This document shows, in pieces, positions 47,540 through 54,779 of a stretch of DNA of 54,779 nucleotides. Both the position numbers and the translations under genes were made by a program. The notes under the pieces are model-generated. The model was not told where the DNA came from and searched no databases. It saw nothing but the letters and a program-made list of their open reading frames with translations. How positions within the stretch are numbered: the first letter of the stretch is position 1; the number at the start of each line of letters is the position of its first letter. The DNA is from a virus (lineage: Duplodnaviria; Caudoviricetes), in IMG/VR virus record IMGVR_UViG_3300020084_000018, positions 1-54,779 of that record. One strand, given 5' to 3'.

Positions 47540-48491
47540 TTTAACAGACGACCAATGGCGTATTATCCGATACCTTAATTTCAAACTAGATTGTCTTGCA
47601 GACCAAGAGGAATACGGACTAGCTATTGATGAAGAAGGTATCCGGCGTCATATTCAGACACTGGAAAGCCAGAAAGACCCTATCATTGCATCGCTTAAAG
47701 AAGCAATGCCAAAGGTTCCTCAATACCGTATCAAGAGCAAGCCTAAAGCGACACACAAGAAGGATGGTTCTCTTTCCAAACTAGGAGAGGAATGGTATAG
47801 GCTCCTTCGCGTAAATAAGCTACCAATTAACTATGACGGTGATCTACAAATCCTAGTGGGGGAACTTGAACCAAATCCAGGTTCCTCTACACAAGTTAAA
47901 GATTGGTTGTTTAGTATGGGTTGGGAGCCCTGCACCTTTAAGTATGTCAGGAACAAAGAGACAGGAGAGGAAAAGCAAGTTGAGCAAGTCAGATACTCAA
48001 GCCCAAGCAGCCCAAGGAAAGGGGAACTTACCGAGTCCGTTCTACGCCTTAAAGCAACAAATCCAGCAATCGAATACCTTGAGAAGATCACTGTTATCAA
48101 CCATCGCATATCAGTATTCGAGGGGTTCCTTAACGCGAAAAGAGAAGGACGAGCTTACCCTTATGTTGTGGCGGGGGCAGGGGGCTTTACAAACACGCTA
48201 AGGTTTAAGCACCGCGTTCCAGTTGTTAACCTTCCAAAAGTTGGCAAAGCATGGGGCGAGGAAATCAGGGGGTCGATTGTAGCTAAACCCAATAAAGTAT
48301 TTTTGGGAAGTGATATGGTATCCCTTGAAAGCACAACCAAGCGTCACTATATGTTTCCGTATGACCCTGACTATGTAGCGGAAATGAGTCAAGAGGGTTT
48401 TGACGAGCATCTCGACCTTTCTGCGTTTGCTGGTTCAATTACAAGAGATGAACTAGAATTCTATAAGTGGTATTCTAAGAATGGGGACTAA
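47529..48491 (+). CDS. DNA polymerase A, piece 2: thumb, palm motif A, start of fingers
   Basis: NPGS..QVK.WL, TNTLRF.H..P.VNLP, GSDMVSLE (motif A), DEHLD; SD GGAAGGA before ATG 47529. Confidence 0.88.
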   Translation: MNSNLTDDQWRIIRYLNFKLDCLADQEEYGLAIDEEGIRRHIQTLESQKDPIIASLKEAMPKVPQYRIKSKPKATHKKDGSLSKLGEEWYRLLRVNKLPINYDGDLQILVGELEPNPGSSTQVKDWLFSMGWEPCTFKYVRNKETGEEKQVEQVRYSSPSSPRKGELTESVLRLKATNPAIEYLEKITVINHRISVFEGFLNAKREGRAYPYVVAGAGGFTNTLRFKHRVPVVNLPKVGKAWGEEIRGSIVAKPNKVFLGSDMVSLESTTKRHYMFPYDPDYVAEMSQEGFDEHLDLSAFAGSITRDELEFYKWYSKNGD

Positions 48492-48915
48492 ACGTAGACT
48501 ACAGCAAAGAGATATGACGGCAAGGCCAAGCAGGTATCCGCAGGGTAACTTTAATTCTAAGAGTTGCAAATGGTGTTTTGCAGGTTTTGAACCTCAAGCC
48601 CCAAGTCATTTATACTGTTCTCAAGTATGCGCTGACGATGCTTACACAAACAGATACTATAAAAGAAAGTATAATATCGGTCTTAAAGAAGTTAGAGCAA
48701 TGTATGATGAACAAAATGGTACGTGTGCTATCTGTAAAACTGTTGGATTTAAGATGCTAGATAGTCATATGTCAGGAATGAACCTCGATCATTGCCATGA
48801 TACAGGTAAGGTCAGGGGGCTTCTCTGTCATAATTGTAATAGAGGTCTAGGACTATTTCAGGACGATCCCACATTACTAGATAGTGCTGCTGTTTATATA
48901 AGGTCACATAAATGA
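48481..48915 (+). CDS. Endonuclease VII-like homing endonuclease splitting the polymerase
   Basis: CAIC...LDHCHDTGKVRGLLCHNCNRGLG.F.D. Confidence 0.88.
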   Translation: MGTKRRLQQRDMTARPSRYPQGNFNSKSCKWCFAGFEPQAPSHLYCSQVCADDAYTNRYYKRKYNIGLKEVRAMYDEQNGTCAICKTVGFKMLDSHMSGMNLDHCHDTGKVRGLLCHNCNRGLGLFQDDPTLLDSAAVYIRSHK

Positions 48916-49475
48916 CAGTTGAGGAAATGAAACGGCTTCCAAAAGAAGAACAATACTCCATATTTAAGAGGCTTAAAGAGCAACGAAGTAACTATAAAGT
49001 TGTAAACTATAGCGCAGTATATGGAGTTGGTGCAGCTAAATTAGCTAGAGAAAGTGGGCTATCAACATCTTCTGCTAAAGCACTTCTTGTTGCCTACTGG
49101 GAACGAAACTGGTCAGTTAAAGAAATTGCAAAAGATCAAGTGGTAAAAACCCTCAAAGATGGTTCCATGTGGCTACAAAATCCAGTTAGCGGCCTCTGGC
49201 ACTCTTTGCGATACGAGAAAGATATTTTCAGCACTCTCAACCAATCAACAGGCGTGTATTGCTTTGACTCGTTTGTGGCGTATGCTAAATCTTTAGGTGT
49301 TATCATTCCAATGCAATACCATGATGAAGTCCTAGTTGAGTGTGATGAAGATAAGGTTGAAGAGACTAAAGAAAAGTTGAAAGAAGCTATTAGAAAAACT
49401 AATGAAAAAGTTAGGTTAAATGTCCAACTGGCTATTGACTATAACGTGGGTGTTAACTACGCAGAGGTTCATTAA
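48912..49475 (+). CDS. DNA polymerase A, piece 3: motifs B and C
   Basis: R..YKVVNYSAVYG (motif B), NQSTG, QYHDE (motif C), C-terminal YAEVH. Confidence 0.9.
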   Translation: MTVEEMKRLPKEEQYSIFKRLKEQRSNYKVVNYSAVYGVGAAKLARESGLSTSSAKALLVAYWERNWSVKEIAKDQVVKTLKDGSMWLQNPVSGLWHSLRYEKDIFSTLNQSTGVYCFDSFVAYAKSLGVIIPMQYHDEVLVECDEDKVEETKEKLKEAIRKTNEKVRLNVQLAIDYNVGVNYAEVH

Positions 49476-49969
49476 TGCTAACTCAAGAAGAAGTCAGAAA
49501 ACTATTTAGTTATAGCGACGGCCAACTGTTCTGGGTTAACCCCACAAGTCGTAAATTGAAGCCAGGCCAACTAGCAGGCTCTAAGTCTACAAGATACTGG
49601 ATGATTAAGTATAAGGGTAAGTCTTACAAAAGAAGTAGGCTTGTTTGGCTCTACCACTACAATACACTTCCTACTGTAGTAGAGCATAAAGATAAAAATA
49701 GTTTTAACGACAACATTAATAATCTTAGGGCAGCTGACCAGCAGTTAAATATGTTTAATAGAGGTGCTTGCAAAGGTAGCAGTTCTAAATTTAAAGGTGT
49801 CTCTAGGAACAATGGTAGGGGTAAAAATTGGAAAGCCGAGTGCCGCGTAGGCGGAAACCATTTTTACTTGGGTTTATTTGAAACAGAACAGGAGGCTGCA
49901 AAGGCTTACGATGATTTTACAAACAGCATACACAAAGATTTTCAATTCCCCAATTCAGCGGTCCACTGA
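49475..49969 (+). CDS. HNH-AP2 homing endonuclease
   Basis: VEHKD.N..ND...NLR; FKGV...W.A...YLG.F...AA.AYD. Confidence 0.85.
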   Translation: MLTQEEVRKLFSYSDGQLFWVNPTSRKLKPGQLAGSKSTRYWMIKYKGKSYKRSRLVWLYHYNTLPTVVEHKDKNSFNDNINNLRAADQQLNMFNRGACKGSSSKFKGVSRNNGRGKNWKAECRVGGNHFYLGLFETEQEAAKAYDDFTNSIHKDFQFPNSAVH

Positions 49970-50003
49970 TAAAGATGATTTTGACATTCCTCTAGAGTTT
50001 CGT

Positions 50004-50132
50004 ATGACCCGCGAGGAAATGGAAGATGATCTAATGTCAGAATACTCCATGACAGATATGACTTGGGATGAACTACTAGAGCAAATGGATATGATTGAGG
50101 CTATGTTCGATGGAAAAGAAGAAGCCAATTAA
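50004..50132 (+). CDS. Small, very acidic protein
   Basis: 42-aa frame with 15 D/E; start uncertain. Confidence 0.45.
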   Translation: MTREEMEDDLMSEYSMTDMTWDELLEQMDMIEAMFDGKEEAN

Positions 50133-50215
50133 AAGAATGAGTGCCGATGAGGCAATGAAGTATACACTAGAAAAACATAAAGAACTTCTAAAATATTTAA
50201 GCAAAAGGAAAATAC

Positions 50216-50785
50216 ATGAGCACTACTAAATACGTTCAGATCGACGCGTTCCTTATGTGGGCCAAAGTATTCGAGGAAAACCGGGATACTGCTGCCAAAG
50301 CAAAAGCTAATGGCGTTACCCACAAAGGCGTTCTGAAATTCCTAGAGAAGTTTGATGGTCAATACCTTGTTGACGTCATTCCTGCTACCGAGGATGATCT
50401 AAAGAAAGTCCAAGAAGCTCTTACTGATACTCTCTATGGTGGTAATCCTCGTTTCAAAGATAGCGACCTTGGTGCAGGTAAATCCTTCCAGCTATCGCGT
50501 AAGCATGATGATAAACACGTCTTCAAAGATCGTGACACTGGTGAAGATAAGCCAGTAGATTTTGGCGGTGAGCCTGATGTAGTATGGTGGAACGATGAAA
50601 AAGGTAAAGGCACTAAGTGGGATAAACACACAGATGGTTTCATTGGTAACGGCACTCTGGCGAAGGTTAAGTTTTCTGTATACATGAGCGAAAGCCAGCC
50701 TACTGTTTCGGATACCATTCGCCTAGAGAAACTAGGTATTGTAGACCATGTAGCTTTTGAAAGCGAAGGTGGAGAGCGTTTCTAA
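50216..50785 (+). CDS. Single-stranded DNA-binding protein (T7 gp2.5-like)
   Basis: WAKVF..NRD and IGNGT.AKVK motifs; acidic C-terminus ending in F; replication context. Confidence 0.6.
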   Translation: MSTTKYVQIDAFLMWAKVFEENRDTAAKAKANGVTHKGVLKFLEKFDGQYLVDVIPATEDDLKKVQEALTDTLYGGNPRFKDSDLGAGKSFQLSRKHDDKHVFKDRDTGEDKPVDFGGEPDVVWWNDEKGKGTKWDKHTDGFIGNGTLAKVKFSVYMSESQPTVSDTIRLEKLGIVDHVAFESEGGERF

Positions 50786-51042
50786 TGGCAAAACTTACCG
50801 TTAATCCGGCTAAGACAGAAGTTAAGGTAGTGGAGGTTTCCCCCGCTACCTACACTCTAGAACTTAGTGAGAAAGAAATGGTTGTTCTTACAACCTATGT
50901 TGGCAATACTTGCGGCAATCCATCAAATTCAGAATTTCGACGTATCGTAGACAAACTTTGGGAAGATGTGTTTCATTCTTTTTTAAAAAAGACTTCGTCT
51001 ATTCCAACTATAACTGCACCTAAAGGCGACCTTAAAGTATGA
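50785..51042 (+). CDS. Hypothetical protein, paralog of 41708-41938
   Basis: PATYTLELSEKEMVVL shared motif. Confidence 0.7.
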   Translation: MAKLTVNPAKTEVKVVEVSPATYTLELSEKEMVVLTTYVGNTCGNPSNSEFRRIVDKLWEDVFHSFLKKTSSIPTITAPKGDLKV

Positions 51043-51683
51043 TTGAAACCAAACTGATTTCATATACACAACCTGTTATTGGTGTTCCAGCAGCCTCAGC
51101 GGAAGAACTGGTAATGTATTGTGCCAAAGTATCCAATCCTACAAAGCAAGACGACTACACCAGAGACTTGATTGGTTATTGTATTCGTAATCAACACTGG
51201 TCAATCTTTGAAATGGTCGATGCTACTGTAGAGATTAAAGCACCACGGGACATTACCCGCCAGATTATCCGGCACCGTAGTTTCTCTTTCCAAGAGTTTT
51301 CCCAACGCTATAGCGATGAGATTAGCTTCTGTGACCGAGAAGTTCGGATGCAGGATCATAAGAACCGTCAGAATAGTATTGAGACTGATGATCCAGCTAC
51401 TAAAGCTTCCTGGAAATGGGAAACTGATGTTATCAAGAGGATCATTAACGATGCTTACCGTAAAGCTATTGCTGATGGTGTAGCTAAAGAGGTTGCTAGG
51501 ACTATCCTACCAGAAGGTCTTACAATGTCTACTATCTACATGAAAGGTTCTCTACGGTCTTGGATGCACTATCTTGATGTTCGGGAGGGTAATGGGACAC
51601 AGAAAGAGCATATCATTGTAGCTAACAAGTGTCGGGAAGTCCTGACACCAGTGTTCCCACGAGTTCTAGGAGTTTCAGAGTAA
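51039..51683 (+). CDS. thyX: Flavin-dependent thymidylate synthase
   Basis: HWSIFE, RHRSFSFQEFSQRY signature, AKEVAR..LP, Q.EH. Confidence 0.95.
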   Translation: MIETKLISYTQPVIGVPAASAEELVMYCAKVSNPTKQDDYTRDLIGYCIRNQHWSIFEMVDATVEIKAPRDITRQIIRHRSFSFQEFSQRYSDEISFCDREVRMQDHKNRQNSIETDDPATKASWKWETDVIKRIINDAYRKAIADGVAKEVARTILPEGLTMSTIYMKGSLRSWMHYLDVREGNGTQKEHIIVANKCREVLTPVFPRVLGVSE

Positions 51684-51684
51684 T

Positions 51685-52539
51685 TTGACAAAAACAATCT
51701 ATACCCTAAAAACAGACATTGAGAAAGTGCTATCAACCGGAGAAGGTTGGACTACAGATATTGCAGAATGGGTTGGCAAAGAGATTGCTAAATCTACAAC
51801 TAGACAACTCAAACCACGGGAAGCTAAGGCAGGCAATCTACGTATGTCTAACCTTGGCACTCCATGCGATAGAAAGTTATGGTATTCGCTACAAGAATGG
51901 GCGGTAGAGTATAAAGAGGTTCTACCACCTTACGTCCTGAACAAGTTTATCTTCGGTGATATTATCGAAGCTTGGACATTGGGACTAATTAAGGCTTCTG
52001 GTCATAGGCTAGAAGGTTTACAGACTTCAATGGAACTTGCCGGGATTAAAGGAAGTCGAGACTGTGTTATTGACGGAGTGACTGCTGATGTTAAGTCAGC
52101 TTCTACAATGGCAATGCAGAAGTTTCGAGACAACGGACTGCTAAAGGATGATCCCTTTGGTTATCTCAGTCAGCTTTCTTCTTATGTAGCTGCGGGGAAG
52201 GATGATCCCCTAGTAGTTGAAAAGACGCTAGGAGCCTTTGTTGCAGTAGATAAACAGTTTGGAGTAGTAGAGGTTGACATATATGACTTGACTACTTTAG
52301 TATCTAATAAAGATAAGGAGGTTGAAAGTAAAAAACAGCTAGCTGTTAGAGATACTCCACCAGATCGAACTTTTTCTGATGTTCCCGATGGTAAAAGTGG
52401 GAATCGAAAACTGGGAACATACTGCTCTTACTGCGAGTTTAAGAACGCTTGCTATCCTGATTTACAAAAGTATATATATAGTAACGGCCCAAGGTTCTTT
52501 ACGGTCGTAGAAAGAGAGCCTCGTGTGTTCAAAGAATGA
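51685..52539 (+). CDS. PD-(D/E)XK (Cas4-like) exonuclease
   Basis: RMSNLG.PCDRKLW, G..D...D...DVKS, Q...Y and CSYCEFK..C motifs. Confidence 0.8.
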   Translation: MTKTIYTLKTDIEKVLSTGEGWTTDIAEWVGKEIAKSTTRQLKPREAKAGNLRMSNLGTPCDRKLWYSLQEWAVEYKEVLPPYVLNKFIFGDIIEAWTLGLIKASGHRLEGLQTSMELAGIKGSRDCVIDGVTADVKSASTMAMQKFRDNGLLKDDPFGYLSQLSSYVAAGKDDPLVVEKTLGAFVAVDKQFGVVEVDIYDLTTLVSNKDKEVESKKQLAVRDTPPDRTFSDVPDGKSGNRKLGTYCSYCEFKNACYPDLQKYIYSNGPRFFTVVEREPRVFKE

Positions 52540-53047
52540 CCTAATCACTCAAGAATTTCTAAGAGAACATCTTGAATACCGTGACGGGCATTTGTGGTGG
52601 ATTAAGCCTACTGCTAGGCGCGTCAAGACAGGTCAACAGTTCGGAACCAATCATAACAGAGGTTATAGACAGGGTAGGCTTAAAGGAAAACCATTCCTAG
52701 AGCATAGGCTCATTTGGTTCTATCACTACGGAGTTTGGCCGAACGAGTTGGATCATAAAGATACTAACAAAAAGAATAACGACATAGACAACCTCAGAGA
52801 GATTGAACATCAACAAAATATGTTAAACCAAGGCTCTCGTGGAGGAACGTCTAAACATAGAGGCATCTTCTGGTCTAAAGACCACAATAAATGGCGAGTT
52901 AAATTCTGTGTCAATGGTAAATACCATCACATAGGAATGTTTGAAAATGAGGAAGATGCACTTATCGCCAGCAATGACTTTATTAAAACTGTGGAGTTCA
53001 GTAAAACAAATGAAAGAATTTATCCTAAAATATTCAGACGAAGCTAA
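52523..53047 (+). CDS. HNH-AP2 homing endonuclease
   Basis: EHRLIW, LDHKDTNKKNNDIDNLR; HRGI.W...KW. Confidence 0.88.
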   Translation: MCSKNDLITQEFLREHLEYRDGHLWWIKPTARRVKTGQQFGTNHNRGYRQGRLKGKPFLEHRLIWFYHYGVWPNELDHKDTNKKNNDIDNLREIEHQQNMLNQGSRGGTSKHRGIFWSKDHNKWRVKFCVNGKYHHIGMFENEEDALIASNDFIKTVEFSKTNERIYPKIFRRS

Positions 53048-53264
53048 GACTATCCTAACCGCAGTAGCTACTGTGCTAGTTTCTATGGGTGTTTATGACC
53101 CTCTATCGGCAGAACTAATTGTTGGTGGTATCATCGGTGCTGCAACTGCTATCTGGCAAGTATACGAGACTGTAACCAAACCAAAAGTTATCGTCAAGAA
53201 AGACGAGGTTATTGTTGAGGGTCTACCCGCAAACTACGTTTACCAAGGAAGTCAGGAAGTCTAA
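53010..53264 (+). CDS. Two-TM membrane protein (holin-like)
   Basis: ILTAVATVLVSMG and LIVGGIIGAATAIW segments, charged tail. Confidence 0.5.
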   Translation: MKEFILKYSDEAKTILTAVATVLVSMGVYDPLSAELIVGGIIGAATAIWQVYETVTKPKVIVKKDEVIVEGLPANYVYQGSQEV

Positions 53265-53266
53265 GC

Positions 53267-53491
53267 ATGAATAACAACAACTACAAACTAGGCACAGTTC
53301 TTGAGTGCATCGTAAGTAAATCCCCCGGCTACAAGAAAGGCAAAACCTATGTAGTTGTTGATAAGAATGGCGTGAAGGGTCTGGAAGCGGACGATGGTTT
53401 CTTTGACCCTATCAGCCAGCTACTATCAGGGTTTAAAGTTGCAGATGCTACAACGTCAGCACTTAAACTCTTGACATTCCAAAAGGAGTAG
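53267..53491 (+). CDS. Hypothetical protein
   Basis: C......Y..GK.Y.V pattern; SD AGGA. Confidence 0.7.
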   Translation: MNNNNYKLGTVLECIVSKSPGYKKGKTYVVVDKNGVKGLEADDGFFDPISQLLSGFKVADATTSALKLLTFQKE

Positions 53492-53659
53492 CTACATGGA
53501 AGATAAGTGGAAGGTCAATAGACGATCTTGCAGCACTATCTACACCCACCCTGATATTATTTATCAAGTGATTGTTAGTAATTCAGGTAGGATCGAATGG
53601 AACGATATAGATTTTGTTTCCGTAGTGGATGCTAAACGATACGCAGAAAAGGTGTGTCT

Positions 53660-54010
53660 ATGAGAATTTTAGTTTGCGGTGGTAGAGAGTATGATGATTG
53701 GTTTCAGTTCTGTGGCTGGATGGACGCAATAACCAAGAAGGCAGCACCTAAAGACATTACCATTATCCAAGGTGGTGCTAAAGGTGCAGACTTCCTAGCT
53801 AGAGTTTGGGCAAAGTATGTCAGGATCAACTCAGAAGAATATCCGGCCAACTGGAAGAAACATGGTAAAGGCGCTGGACCCATTCGTAATCAGAAGATGC
53901 TAGACGAAGGTAAACCAGATGTAGTTATTGCGTTTCCCGGAGGAACGGGAACAGCAGATATGGTTGAAAGAGCCAGGAAAGCTAAGGTAAAAGTAATTAA
54001 GGTAATGTAA
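53660..54010 (+). CDS. DUF2493/YspA SLOG-family protein
   Basis: ILVCGGR, GGAKGAD, AGPIRN..M and FPGGTGT..M motifs. Confidence 0.85.
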   Translation: MRILVCGGREYDDWFQFCGWMDAITKKAAPKDITIIQGGAKGADFLARVWAKYVRINSEEYPANWKKHGKGAGPIRNQKMLDEGKPDVVIAFPGGTGTADMVERARKAKVKVIKVM

Positions 54011-54348
54011 TGCCAATAAAAACATCATCGGCTAAAGCAAAAGGGAGGCTACTACAGAAACTTTTAGCATCTAAACTACTAGCTAGATTTACCCAACTAG
54101 AACCAGATGATATTACTTCCAGGTCTATGGGAGCAGGGGGTGAAGATGTTTTACTTTCCCCCGCAGCTAGACGACTAATTCCCTACTCATTTGAATGTAA
54201 GAACATAGCTGCATTTGCTGGCTATAGGTATCTTGAGCAGGCTGTTAGTAACTGCCCTAAGAACGCATTTCCTGTGGCAGTAGTAAAGGCTAACCGTAAA
54301 GAGCCTGTCGTTATTCTATACTTGAAAGATTGGATTGAGAAACTATGA
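54010..54348 (+). CDS. Resolvase-like endonuclease (allele B)
   Basis: 8 amino-acid differences out of 112 versus 120-458. Confidence 0.7.
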   Translation: MPIKTSSAKAKGRLLQKLLASKLLARFTQLEPDDITSRSMGAGGEDVLLSPAARRLIPYSFECKNIAAFAGYRYLEQAVSNCPKNAFPVAVVKANRKEPVVILYLKDWIEKL

Positions 54349-54617
54349 CTGTGAACAGACAACAGCGGCGTAGAGCAGCCTCAAAAGCTCCTAAAAATAA
54401 TCCTGTAACTGAGCAAGCACCTGCTACCGTTAAGCAGATCATTGTAGATTTTGTAGGTGGTTACACCAACGAGTTTAACAATGTTGTAGGTCTTGACACA
54501 GACACTAGTTTAGGCTTTCCACGTCTATGTATTATGACAGATGATGGAGTGGTTACTAACCTGAACCTAAGCCACGTTCAATCCTACCAAGTAACGAGAG
54601 GTGATTTAATTCAATAA
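54345..54617 (+). CDS. Hypothetical protein (allele B of 455-721)
   Basis: Near-identical core with divergent N-terminal linker and C-terminus. Confidence 0.8.
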   Translation: MTVNRQQRRRAASKAPKNNPVTEQAPATVKQIIVDFVGGYTNEFNNVVGLDTDTSLGFPRLCIMTDDGVVTNLNLSHVQSYQVTRGDLIQ

Positions 54618-54779
54618 TGACAACAGCAGTAGTATTCACATGCGCCCACACAAACCCAAAAGTAGACAATAAACGGTTTGAACTTCTTGGAAATCTTATC
54701 TTTGATCTTCGGCCTGATTACGTCTTCGACCTTGGCGACTTCGCTGATATGTCTAGTCTCAATTCTTATGATACACGAT
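54617..54779 (+). CDS. Metallophosphoesterase allele B, truncated by the window end
   Basis: MTTAVVFTCAH... homologous to 903-1065. Confidence 0.75.
   Translation, partial: MTTAVVFTCAHTNPKVDNKRFELLGNLIFDLRPDYVFDLGDFADMSSLNSYDTR

Noticed and set aside
48481-48915. Group I intron or split intein in the DNA polymerase
   Set aside because: The nuclease ORF fills the whole gap and overlaps both flanks. No P7 GACTA/TAGTC core was seen, and there are no intein Cys/His-Asn termini.
49955-49969. Target-site duplication: the HNH ends SAVH-stop like the polymerase's AEVH-stop
   Set aside because: The nucleotide match is too short and degenerate to distinguish from chance.
51685-52539. Cas4 as part of a CRISPR system
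   Set aside because: It is a stand-alone phage PD-(D/E)XK exonuclease in the replication module, with no array or other cas genes.

Overview
This window is an essentially complete lytic siphovirus genome, with a unit length of about 53,890 bp. Bases 1-127 recur exactly at 53891-54017. The contig then runs into a diverged alternative allele of its first ~1 kb, most likely an assembly path through a two-strain bubble. There are three transcriptional blocks. (1) A + strand DNA-metabolism arm (40264 through the contig junction to 7997) encodes tRNA-Arg(UCU), a T7-like primase-helicase, a family A DNA polymerase broken into three ORFs, a probable SSB, ThyX, a PD-(D/E)XK exonuclease, two DNA methyltransferases, and a class II ribonucleotide reductase (nrdJ) interrupted by a group I intron. 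(2) A - strand late arm (31971 to 8115) carries fibre/accessory genes, terminase, portal, S49 protease-scaffold, capsid, tail and lysis genes. (3) A mostly - strand early/control region (40138 to ~32000) is rich in promoters, repeats and hairpins. About ten homing endonuclease genes are scattered through the genome. No integrase or repressor was recognised. An alphaproteobacterial host is inferred, not shown, from a consensus CtrA box, clustered YGATTCG (CcrM/GcrA-type) motifs and a GTA-like terminase. The most notable candidates are the unspliced three-piece DNA polymerase, an uncharacterised 'SCMRH'-motif protein family (one copy translationally coupled to a Zn peptidase, one inserted inside the polymerase), the nrdJ intron, an RNA polymerase alpha-CTD-like early protein, and a nucleoside-hydrolase-fold/FN3/lectin late protein. 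All calls come from motif recognition by eye; no database searches were run.
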